In this document: one piece after another, positions 42,991-52,797 of the stretch
Position numbering within the stretch: the first letter of the stretch is position 1
Layout of the letters: each line of letters opens with the position of its first letter
Origin: Nitrospirota bacterium
GTDB taxonomy: Bacteria > Nitrospirota > UBA9217
Assembly (NCBI GenBank): GCA_963751455.1
Contig: CAVVUN010000015.1
Span: 1,088,001-1,152,000 of the forward strand
Reading direction: 5' to 3'
Length of the DNA stretch: 64,000 nucleotides
Notes under the pieces: generated by a model
What the model saw: only the letters and a program-made list of their open reading frames with translations
Database searches by the model: none
What the model was told of the DNA's origin: nothing
Program-made: the position numbers and the translations under genes

Positions 42991-43048
<58 letters not shown>

Positions 43049-43066
<18 letters not shown>

Positions 43067-43567
43067 AAATAAAACAAAGCTGGTCATTCTTGACCGGCTT
43101 TTTTTATTTCAGGAAGGGGATCGAACCAAAGGGAGTTTGAGGGAAAGGATTTCACTCATGTTTCGGGAGAGGCCACGAGAGGGCAGGCCCTTTCGTGAAG
43201 CGAAGCGCGTGAGATTCCCCTTCTCGTCCACCAAAATAAAACAAAGCTGGTCATTCCTGACCGGCTTTTTTTATCTCAGGAAGGGGATCGAACCAAAGGG
43301 AGTTTGAGGGAAAGGATTTCACTCATGTTTCGGGAGAGGCCACGAGAGGGCAGGCCCTTTCGTGAAGCGAAGCGCGAGAGATTCCCCTTCTCGTCCACCA
43401 AAATAAAACAAAGCTGGTCATTCTTGACCGGCTTTTTTATTTTCATGAGAGGCGATCGAACCAAGGGAATTTGAGGGAAAGGATTTCACTCATGTTTCGG
43501 GAGAGGCCACGAGAGGGCAGGCCCTTTCGTGAAGCGAAGCGCGTGAGATTCCCCTTCTCGTCCACCA
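43049..43567 (+). repeat. Three tandem 167 bp tRNA-linked repeats
   Basis: TCCCCTTCTCGTCCACCA at 43049, 43216, 43383 and 43550; each unit has a terminator-like hairpin and an antisense T-arm copy. Confidence 0.93.
43077..43105 (+). terminator. Rho-independent terminator after tRNA-Ala (recurs in each repeat unit)
   Basis: AAGCTGGTCA-TTCT-TGACCGGCTT followed by a T run. Confidence 0.7.
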
Positions 43568-43938
43568 TAATTTCTTCCTGACAACTTCAAAAACATCCGC
43601 CTCGCGCAAAGCCGCAAAGTTTATAAACCTTAAATCAGTATTAACCATGGATGAACACGGATATTTCCGAACTGATTCGTCTCACACGGACGTACCGATT
43701 GACATAAAAATAGTTGTGTAAAGTATAAATAGAAATTACTTTACACAAACTCTGTTGTGTCGGCTTGCCCATTATGATGGCATATTGTACGGCGTTCCTA
43801 ATCCCGAAGTAAAGAAAAGGACATTGAACTGGCTGAACGCCGAATGGAAGAATGGATGCGGAGGCATCCGTCGGTTTGACCATTTTTTCTGCAACATCTA
43901 GAAAGGCGAGGTAAATCCATCTGCGAGCAATATAAATG

Positions 43939-43967
43939 TTGACTTTGTGATTTCTCGTATATAAAAT
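43939..43967 (+). promoter_or_regulatory. Sigma70-like leaderless promoter
   Basis: TTGACT-17 nt-TAAAAT, ATG 5 nt downstream. Confidence 0.6.
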
Positions 43968-43972
43968 AAGCC

Positions 43973-45214
43973 ATGCCCATTCGAAGAAATTTACTGAAAG
44001 AGCTTCAAGCTCATCTTCCCAAGAAAGAGATGACCCTGCTGGTCGGCCCGCGTCAGGCCGGGAAAACGACCCTGATGCTGCATCTCCAGGACGACCTGCG
44101 GAACAAAGGGGAGAAGACGCTCTTCCTGAGCCTTGATTACGAGCGGGACCAGCCGCATTTCGCGGATCAGGAGGCGCTGCTCTCCCGGCTGCGCCTGGAG
44201 TTCGGCCGCAAAAAGGGGTATGTGTTCATCGACGAGATACAGAGAAAGGAGAACGCCGGAATCTTTCTCAAGGGCCTGTACGACATGCGGACGCCGTACA
44301 AGTTCATCCTCTCCGGCTCCGGAAGCGTTGAATTAAAGGAAAAGGTGCACGAGTCCCTCGCAGGCAGAAAGAGGATGTTCGAGCTTTCCACGGTCACGCT
44401 CGCGGAGTTCGTCAACTACCGGACTGCGTACAAGTATCAGGACAGGCTTGCGGACTATTTCCGTGTGAACAAGGCCGAGGCGCGGGATCTTCTGATGGAA
44501 TATCTGAACTTCGGAGGTTACCCGCGGGTGGTGCTTGAGGATACCGCGAAGGAGAAATCGGCGATCATCGACGAAATCTACCGGAGCTACATTGAAAAGG
44601 ACATCGCCTTCCTGCTGCGCGTGGAGCGGATCGACGCGTTCGGAAATCTGATACGCATGCTCGCGGACCGGATCGGCGGCATGACCAACCTGAATGAGCT
44701 TTCTTCGACTCTGGGGATCTCCGTGCAGACCGTGAAGAACTATCTGTCCTATGCGGAAAAGACCTTCATCATCAGAAGGGTCACGCCCTGGTTCAAGAAC
44801 CTGAGAAGCGAGATCAGCAAATCACCGGTGATGTATTTTGGCGACCTCGGGCTCCGGAACTTCGCGCTTCGGCGGTTCGGCAGACACACGGCGCTGCACG
44901 AGACCGGGTTCCTGTTTCAAAACCTTATTCATCAACTGCTTTATGAGAAGACGCAGGAGGAGGGCGGCACGGTCCACTTCTGGAGGACGAAAGACAAGGC
45001 GGAGGTGGATTTCATCATCAATAGCGATGACGGCGTGATCCCCGTGGAGGTGAAATGCCGGGAGATGAAGAGCGGGGAGATCGGCCGCTCGCTCCGGGGC
45101 TTCATCGCGAAGTACAAGCCGAAGGAAGCGTGGGTCGTGTCGCTGGGAAGGCATGAAGACGAGAAGCTGGAAAAAACACGGGTGCGGTTCCTTCCGTTTT
45201 ATGAGTTGCTGTGA
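43973..45214 (+). CDS. AAA_14 ATPase with DUF4143 and a PD-(D/E)xK-like tail
   Basis: GPRQAGKT, FIDEIQ, SGS, ESLAGR, GGYP, EVDF..PVEVK. Confidence 0.9.
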   Translation: MPIRRNLLKELQAHLPKKEMTLLVGPRQAGKTTLMLHLQDDLRNKGEKTLFLSLDYERDQPHFADQEALLSRLRLEFGRKKGYVFIDEIQRKENAGIFLKGLYDMRTPYKFILSGSGSVELKEKVHESLAGRKRMFELSTVTLAEFVNYRTAYKYQDRLADYFRVNKAEARDLLMEYLNFGGYPRVVLEDTAKEKSAIIDEIYRSYIEKDIAFLLRVERIDAFGNLIRMLADRIGGMTNLNELSSTLGISVQTVKNYLSYAEKTFIIRRVTPWFKNLRSEISKSPVMYFGDLGLRNFALRRFGRHTALHETGFLFQNLIHQLLYEKTQEEGGTVHFWRTKDKAEVDFIINSDDGVIPVEVKCREMKSGEIGRSLRGFIAKYKPKEAWVVSLGRHEDEKLEKTRVRFLPFYELL

Positions 45215-45270
45215 CATTGCAAGGTCTCTTCTGGACTTTTTTGGCTGCTTGTAGTAAAGTGCTGAAATAC

Positions 45271-45809
45271 TTGCCCCGTTAGAGAATCGTTTTTATTATC
45301 AATGAGATTGCGCATTTGTAAATGGTCGCGAAGACAATTCCTGACCGGGAAACTCGTGATCTCTAACGGGGTGAAGGATTAATAGAAGTCGGGGAGGATC
45401 ATGGCTGATTTACCCCGCTTAGAGGTCCCTTTTACCGTGAATTAGTAGGCGTCAGTCATTCTTGGCGGATAGATCGATCGTAATTGAGAGAGGGGCGGTT
45501 TCTTGACCTCTAACGGGGTTTAGAAACAATCCAGAAAAAGATCCTCTCATTTACCCCGATAGAGATTTTTGCCCGTGCCATAGTGGAGCCGATACCATCG
45601 AAAGCGTACGACTGCGTTCGTTTGCCTATCAAGAAAAGACCGTTGAATCTCACACGGGTGAACGGAACGAGCGTGATTGGCAGCAATTCCACGATCCTTC
45701 ACCCCGTTAGAGATAGCGGCGCAAACACAACGGGTGCATAATCGGCATCGATAGCAAGGATAACGTATATCCGTCACATCAAGCAGGTCTGAATCTCTAA
45801 CGGGGTTAA
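45271..45809. repeat. Array of four inverted-repeat-bounded ~100 bp cassettes with unique interiors
   Basis: CCCCGTTAGAGA..TCTCTAACGGGG-type units at 45274-45371, 45413-45518, 45554-45658 and 45702-45805. Confidence 0.88.
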
Positions 45810-45825
45810 CCCCTACAACGAGACG

Positions 45826-46100
45826 ATGCGTATGTACTATACGTATGTTTTGCAGAGCACAAAAGACGGTAAATGGTATACGGGATTTACAGGGGATCTA
45901 CAAAAACGCTTCAGCGATCACAACGCAGGTAAAGTTCCCGTAACCAAGAACCGTGGACCGTTCGAGTTTATTACGAGGCATGCTTGCACGAGCAAGATGC
46001 TACGGCGCGGGAGAAATACTTGAAGTCGGGGATGGGCAAGCGGTATGTGAGGAATCGGCTGAAGCGTTTTTTTATGGACAAGCCCTCTTTACCCCGTTAG
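45826..46100 (+). pseudogene. Small stand-alone GIY-YIG nuclease, frameshifted near 45968
   Basis: YTYVLQS..WYTG..LQKRFSDHNAG..RGPFE, then shifted frame YYEACL..AREKYLKSGMGKRY; stop TAG lies inside the next repeat. Confidence 0.85.
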
Positions 46101-46197
46101 AACATAATTAATCTCTAACGGGGCAAGCCTTGCAGTCCCGCAATCTCTCGCCTGATTTACCCCGTTACAGATTGTTCATCATCTGTAATGGGGAGAA
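46088..46197. repeat. Two short hairpin versions of the same inverted repeat
   Basis: TTTACCCCGTTAGAAC..TCTCTAACGGGGCAA and TTTACCCCGTTACAGAT..ATCTGTAATGGGGAGAA. Confidence 0.85.
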
Positions 46198-46209
46198 CTC
46201 ACTAAGTGA

Positions 46210-46365
46210 AAAGAACTGGCCGACATTTTCATCTTCCTCACCTATCTAAGCGAGGAATACAATATCGATTTATTGAATGAGGTCGAAAAGAAAATCGGCT
46301 TGAACGAATCGAAATACCCTGTGGAAAAGGCTAAAGGCTCGTCGAGGAAATACACTGAATTGTGA
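46210..46365 (+). pseudogene. 3' relic of a MazG-like nucleotide pyrophosphohydrolase
   Basis: ELADIFIFLTYLSEEYNIDLLNEVEKKIGLNESKYPVEKAKGSSRKYTEL*; no 5' half. Confidence 0.75.
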
Positions 46366-46386
46366 TTGATATCTACTGAGGTTTTT

Positions 46387-49300
46387 ATGAGTACTGAACT
46401 GCCAATACAGGTCGGTCAACTGGTCACAGGCCCTCTTTTCAATGAGCCCATGCGGGTGGAGACAGTTCGCTCTGATGGTGCTCAGATGTGGGTTCTCGGC
46501 CTCGTTGGTGAAAAAACCCACCAATTCCGCCGCGTCACACTTACCGGATCAGATCTGAAACAGCTCATCATTCTCGATTCGATGCCGAAGTACGATGGCG
46601 ACGGTGAACTCGTGCGCCTCGGGCTACAAGCTTATTTTCTCGGCATTGCCTATGAATTCGATCCTTATTTCGGCCTCTCCATCTCTCGTGTTGATCCGCT
46701 TCCGCACCAGCTTGAAGCTGTCTATGACTACCTGCTGAAACTAGCCAGAGTTCGGTTTCTCCTTGCCGATGACGCCGGTGCAGGAAAGACCATCATGGCT
46801 GGGCTTCTCATCCGAGAGCTTAAGCTAAGGGGCTTAGCAGAGCGTATTCTTATCGTTTGTCCGTCCAACCTAACTTTTCAATGGGAACGGGAACTCAAAG
46901 ACAAGTTTGAAGAACGGTTCAAGAGAATCGTGGGTGCTGATCTCAACTCCTACAGCATGAATCAGTGGATTGAGAACAAGCAAATCATCACATCTCTTGA
47001 TCTCGCTAAGAGGGAACAGACTTTGCCGGGACTCCGGCAGGCTGAATGGGACCTGGTTATCGTAGACGAGGCGCACCGTATGTCTGCCTCTGATCCCGAA
47101 CATCGGACACAGCGCTACAGGCTTGGCGAACTGCTTCGCGATACTTCGTCACATATTCTGCTGTTGACCGCTACACCTCACAAGGGTGATCCCGAGAATT
47201 TCACCTTCTTCCTTCAGCTTCTTGATCAGGATGCCTTTGCGGATGTCCGCTCGATCCGTGAGGCAATGGACAAGCGAAGGGCACCGTTCTACCTTCGCCG
47301 GACCAAAGAGGCAATGGTTTATTTTCCTGAGCGCCAGGATGACGGCACGTGGATCGCACGGAAGATATTCACCCGTCGTATTCCGCATACAGTACAGTTC
47401 TCAATCGACGGTCCCGAAGATCAGCTCTACCGGGATGTGACCCGCTACGTCAAGCAGCAGAGCGCACAGGCCGCGGCAAATGGCGAGGATCCGCGCGCTC
47501 GTGCTATCGGTTTCTTAATGTCCCTCTATCAGCGTCGTCTAGCCTCAAGTACCTATGCAATGCGCCACTCCCTGGAGAACCGTATAAAGAGACTTAGGGA
47601 CAACCTTCAGCGCGCACAGGAATTGGCCAAAACAGCACCTCCTGATATGCCGACTGACGAGGAACTTGAGGAAATGGAGGATGCCGAGCGTGTGAAGCTG
47701 GAAGATGTAATTGAAGCATTAACACTCTCACGAAATGCGAAAGAAGTCCAAGAGGAAGTAGCTCAGCTTACTGAACTTGCACATCAGGCAAAGATTGTGG
47801 AGGAATCTGGTACAGAAGCGAAACTGTCCAGATTCAAGGATCTTCTTCAGACAGAGGGGTTCTTCGACCATCCGGACAAGCGGCTGCTGCTTTTTACTGA
47901 GTTCAAGGACACGCTGGAATATCTGGTCTCGTGCCTCAAGACCTGGGGTTTCCGCGTCGGATTCATCCACGGAGGTATGAAGCCTGGCAGCAGGAACGAG
48001 CCAGGTTCCAGGCTTTTTGCAGAAGCCCAGTTCTGGGCAGGTGATACGCAAATTCTGGTGGCAACGGAAGCGGCAGGTGAGGGCATCAACCTGCATTGCT
48101 GCAATATGCTGTTCAACTATGATATTCCCTGGAACCCGAACAGGCTTGAGCAGCGCATGGGCCGGATCCATCGTTATGGCCAAAAGAAGGATTGCCTCAT
48201 CTTCAATTTTGTCGCGGCAAATACGATTGAAGGCCGCGTGCTGCAAAAACTGCATGAAAAGCTGCAAGAGATAAGGGACGCCCTAGATGACGACGCCGTT
48301 TTTAATGTTGTCGGAGAAATTCTGCCGTCGTCGCACCTTGAACGGGTGCTCCGGGATTATTACGCTGGCGAGCTTGGTGAAGAGGATCTGGAAGATCGCA
48401 TACTTAAAGACGTAAAGGAAGACAAGTTCAGAGCAATCTGCCAAAATGCCCTTGAAGGGCTCGCTTCAAAGAAACTTAACCTGAACATGCTCGTGGAGCG
48501 TCGGGCGCTTGCGCAGGAGCGGCGGGTTGTTCCCGAGACCATAGCAAGGTTTATCAAGGAGTCATCTGGGAGAATTCCGTTTAATTTAAAACCGGTATCC
48601 GGGATGCTTCACGCCTACGAACCGTCCACAACACCACCTGTACTTCGCCGGTTTGAAATGGAGCCTGACTGGAAGCTGGCGTCTATCGCAAACAGGTATC
48701 CGCGATTCTCGACAGATAGAAAGACAGCAGAGGAAAATAATCTCGAATGGGTCACTCCCGGCCATCCTTTATTTGAAGCGCTTCGTCGTCATTCTCTTAA
48801 TCTGGCAAGAGAGGTTTTCAATCAAGGTGCATGTTTCCATTCAATCAGCCATGATAAACCCGCCCGCTTGGACTTCTATCGCGCCCGCGCCGTGGACGGT
48901 CTCGGCCAGGTGATACACGAGCGTTTGTTCGCAATCCAAATAGCCGACAGCGAAGAACCGAAACTGTTCGATCCCGGTGTGCTGGGGAATCTCCAGGCCC
49001 ACAGCGCCTCCCGATGAACTGCCTAACATCGCCTATCTTCCTGAACCGTCTACCTGGTTTCATGAACATGCTCTGCGCCCCTTCATGGATGAAGTGGGAA
49101 TTGAGCGTCGCGCTGAAGTAGATCGCATTTCGCGCCATGTGGAAATATCTCTCACTGAGCTGATCCATAAGGCGGATGAACTGATTGGCAGGTTTGCCGA
49201 ATCTGCCGAACGGGGCGACGAAGGGGCCAAGGGACTTCTGGCCCAAGCAGAGGCGCGTCACCATGAATTGCTTTATCGCCGTGAAAAGAGAAGGCAGGAA

Positions 49301-49813
49301 CTGGAACGACAGAGGGCACTCAGTCTTCAGGCCGTTGACCGGATCGCGAGCGTGTTGATCCTTCCACATCCGGAGCGGGAAAAACCCGAGATGAGAAGGC
49401 TTCAGCCTGATGCGGCCGTAGAAGCGACCGCAATGCGAGTCGTGATTGAGTACGAGCAGAAGCAAGGCCGACAAGTATTCGACGTGCATGAAAAAAACCT
49501 CGGCTATGATGTGACGAGTCTCGACATCAATTCGGGAGAACTCAGGCTGATCGAGATTAAGGGCCTGGGAGCGGAGACAGGAAATATTCTTCTTACTCCG
49601 AACGAGCGCAGGGTCGCAGAAGATCGACGGGATTGTTACTACCTCTATGTTGTGACCGACTGCAACAAGGAACCGCAATTGCAGGAACCGATTAAAGACC
49701 CGGCAAGGTTCCCTTGGCATGAGGTGAAGAAAGTACAACATTATTGGCTGGAAGTGAATGCCATGACGAAGCCGATGCAAGTAAAAGAGGAACAAAAACC
49801 ATATGGCAGCTGA
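46387..49813 (+). CDS. SNF2-family helicase with C-terminal DUF3883-like nuclease domain (+1 frameshift near 48996)
   Basis: LADDAGAGKT, VDEAH, TATPH, QRMGRIHRYGQ; second frame GYDVTS..IEIKG..LTPNE. Confidence 0.88.
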
Positions 49814-50636
49814 GCACATTACCGCTCATTACGAAAATGCAATTGTAACATTTATTGATATTTTGGGATTTCGTGACATTGTACTGAATTCATCATGTAC
49901 TGATGTTGAAAGCATCCTTGAGCGGATTGAGTATTTTACCGATGCTGGAGAGCGCGATCCGGACTATGCACATTTTTCAATTGATCCCGCTGTTTACACA
50001 TTCTCTGATTCGATAATCCGCATTCGCCCAATTGAACGATATGGGAACCGTCACTATCCTGTTGGTTTACTTTTTCATGAACTTCTTGACTTGGTTCATG
50101 TGCAAGGGGGATTGTCCTATAACGGCATTCTTTTGAGGGGGGCGGTTTCATATGGATCGATTAGGATTACCGATACGCGTGTCTTTGGTCCAGCACTTAT
50201 AAGAGCGTACGAACTCGAAAAGAACTGTGCTCTTTATCCACGCATAATTATAGACCCTGAGCTCATAAGTGAGTTCCAGCGCAACCGACTATTAAGAAAT
50301 GAAATACATTCTCTCGAAGAGGAAACTCGTTATATATCAAACGTTACATCGCACAGCGATGATGGCTTCGTTTTCGTAGATTATCTCAGGGCAATGGAGT
50401 CTGAGAGCGATCCTGTGTCTTACCCTAGTTTCCTGTCAAGTCACAGAGATGTAATTATTCAACGTGCACAGGGTCATCAACTTCCGCAGAATATTGCGCA
50501 AAAGGTAATGTGGCTTGCAAGATACCATAATTCCATCATAACAGCGCTGCCGGACGAATTTTATGAACACCATCAGTTTGACAAAGATAGGTTGCTAATA
50601 ACACAAGGTGATATCGGGAATCTCGTGCAAATATGA
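49803..50636 (+). CDS. Class III nucleotide cyclase-like protein
   Basis: FIDILGF, FSDS, LRGAVSYG, FGPALIRAYELE, YPRIIID. Confidence 0.65.
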   Translation: MAAEHITAHYENAIVTFIDILGFRDIVLNSSCTDVESILERIEYFTDAGERDPDYAHFSIDPAVYTFSDSIIRIRPIERYGNRHYPVGLLFHELLDLVHVQGGLSYNGILLRGAVSYGSIRITDTRVFGPALIRAYELEKNCALYPRIIIDPELISEFQRNRLLRNEIHSLEEETRYISNVTSHSDDGFVFVDYLRAMESESDPVSYPSFLSSHRDVIIQRAQGHQLPQNIAQKVMWLARYHNSIITALPDEFYEHHQFDKDRLLITQGDIGNLVQI

Positions 50637-50679
50637 TGCAGTGAATAGCTTTGCGTTGTTACATCAGGAAGGATACTAA

Positions 50680-52755
50680 ATGCCGATTACAGATCGTCAG
50701 CGGGCATTAGCGCAGGAACGTCAATGGGCAGCTGCACGGGACACATCGCCACAAGTACGCTTAGTCGCTGGCCCAGGGACCGGGAAATCGCATACGATTG
50801 AAAAAAGAATCGCTGACTTGTTGACGGGCGGTATTCCTGCAGAAAATATATATGCGATATCGTTTACTCGCGCTGCCTGTGCGGAGCTCAGTGGCAGGGT
50901 GCAGCTTTTTTGCAGCACGCTATCATGTGCAGACGTTGCTTCAGGCGTCAGAATTTCAACGATGCATTCTCTTGCGCTTCGTATTTTGCGAAGAGCAAAT
51001 TTACTTACTTCATATCCTAGCACGCCTATGATGCTTGACAACTGGGAGCAGAGCACAATATATGACCGGGAGCTCGCCAGTAGTATCGGTTGTTCTCCTT
51101 CGCGGGCGGGTGAGATTCGTCGTGCATATGACGCTCACTGGCAAACCCTTAATCCAGACTATTTGAACCAAGCACGAATAACAACCGCCGAAATTACTGG
51201 CTTCAGAGCATTTCACGCTGCCAGAACGAATCTTTATTGTTGCGTCCTGCCGGGAGAAGTTATATTCAAATGTGTGGATGCCCTTCAGCATGGTGCCCTT
51301 CAGCAGGATCAACTACCACGAATAGATCATTTGATCGTTGATGAATATCAGGATCTGAATGCTTGCGATCAGGAATTCGTCCGACTGCTCTGCTCCCAGG
51401 GCACGATTCTATTTATTGCTGGCGACGATGACCAAAGCATTTATTCCTTCAGACATGCTAATCCAGAAGGAATAATTACCTTCCCGATCACATATCCTCA
51501 GTCATCAACGCACATATTAACAGATTGTTTTCGCTGCACGCCTGCGGTTTTGGCACCAGCAAATCGTCTTATAACATTCAATCCAAGTCGCGTGCCCAAG
51601 CAACTTGACGCTCTTTACGGGACGGCAGAACCACCCGTTGCGGGACAAGTCGCGGTGTGGTCTTTTTCGACAGCACAGCAGGAGGCGCAGGCTATAGCAA
51701 AGTCATGCAAAGAACTGCTTGACGCCGGTTTGTCGGGTAGAGAAAACGAGATTCTAATACTGGTAGCGAATCGAAGGGTACAGTTGAATCTTATTACACA
51801 AGAGCTGGGAAATCTTGGTTTACCTTACGAGCCGCCTAAAGACGCAAGTTTGACGGGGTATGCGTCGATCCGAGTTATCTACTCTATATTACGTCTTGTC
51901 CGCGAGCAAGCAACGGGGGAGGCAGATTATCCTGCTTATCGTGATGTCTTGGAATTGTTGCACGGTGTAGGCCAAGCAACGGCAAAGTCAATTGCCGATG
52001 ATTGCATAACGCACAATCAAAACTATCGAGATTTATATCATTTACAATCGGCACCTCGTTGGCTTGCCGGCCGTGCCTCCGCCGCCGTTCAGCGGGTTAT
52101 ATCAATTGTACAGGCTGTTAGTTCTTGGGTTATGTCCGATACATTATCAGCCCGTTCTGCCGATATGGAATACGTTCTCCGGTCACTGGTTTTCACGACA
52201 GGAGGACAAGCGACAACTGCCATAGCAGAATGGAATACCCTTTCTGGAGCACTTCCACAGGAAATGACTCTCGAAGAACTACTCCAATTTCTGTCCGCTG
52301 ATACAGAGACTGAACAGCAGGCTATTCTTGATATCGTCTCTCAGCGAATAGGAACAGCCTCGCAAGCAGCAGAATCTAATTCTCACACGCCTGGTCAGAA
52401 GAAGATTAGAATATTAACTATGCACGGTGCAAAAGGTCTAAGTGGAAAGATTGTCTTTATTCCTTCAGCAGAACAGGGGATTATGCCCAATTCAGCTGCA
52501 TTACAGGCAACGGGCCTTCTTATTGAGCAACGACGTCTTTTTTATGTATCGTTAACGCGAGCAATGGCATGCTGTATCATATCGCACGCTGCGCAACATA
52601 CGGGTGCTGCGGCTATGACCCTCGCACAGCGATCTTCTGTGCGGTTACCAAGATCACAGTTTTTGAGTGAGATGGGTGTAACCAGTGTTAACAGGGCAGT
52701 AGGATTAAGTCAGGCGGAAGCATCAAGGATCATAATTGATGTAAACAATCTTTAA
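50680..52755 (+). CDS. UvrD/PcrA-like SF1 helicase
   Basis: AGPGTGKS, VDEYQD, GDDDQSIYSFR, TMHGAKGL, RRLFYVSLTRA. Confidence 0.92.
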   Translation: MPITDRQRALAQERQWAAARDTSPQVRLVAGPGTGKSHTIEKRIADLLTGGIPAENIYAISFTRAACAELSGRVQLFCSTLSCADVASGVRISTMHSLALRILRRANLLTSYPSTPMMLDNWEQSTIYDRELASSIGCSPSRAGEIRRAYDAHWQTLNPDYLNQARITTAEITGFRAFHAARTNLYCCVLPGEVIFKCVDALQHGALQQDQLPRIDHLIVDEYQDLNACDQEFVRLLCSQGTILFIAGDDDQSIYSFRHANPEGIITFPITYPQSSTHILTDCFRCTPAVLAPANRLITFNPSRVPKQLDALYGTAEPPVAGQVAVWSFSTAQQEAQAIAKSCKELLDAGLSGRENEILILVANRRVQLNLITQELGNLGLPYEPPKDASLTGYASIRVIYSILRLVREQATGEADYPAYRDVLELLHGVGQATAKSIADDCITHNQNYRDLYHLQSAPRWLAGRASAAVQRVISIVQAVSSWVMSDTLSARSADMEYVLRSLVFTTGGQATTAIAEWNTLSGALPQEMTLEELLQFLSADTETEQQAILDIVSQRIGTASQAAESNSHTPGQKKIRILTMHGAKGLSGKIVFIPSAEQGIMPNSAALQATGLLIEQRRLFYVSLTRAMACCIISHAAQHTGAAAMTLAQRSSVRLPRSQFLSEMGVTSVNRAVGLSQAEASRIIIDVNNL

Positions 52756-52797
52756 AATTTCGTTGCTGCTATCCGTATATTTAGAAAGGAAAGGTTA

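Noticed and set aside
45271-45809. Canonical CRISPR array or integron attC array
   Set aside because: Repeats alternate in orientation with ~75-80 and ~40 nt gaps; no cas or intI gene and no cassette ORFs between units
49803-52755. Gabija or Pycsar
   Set aside because: No OLD/TOPRIM ATPase-nuclease and no cyclic-nucleotide-binding TM/TIR effector adjacent
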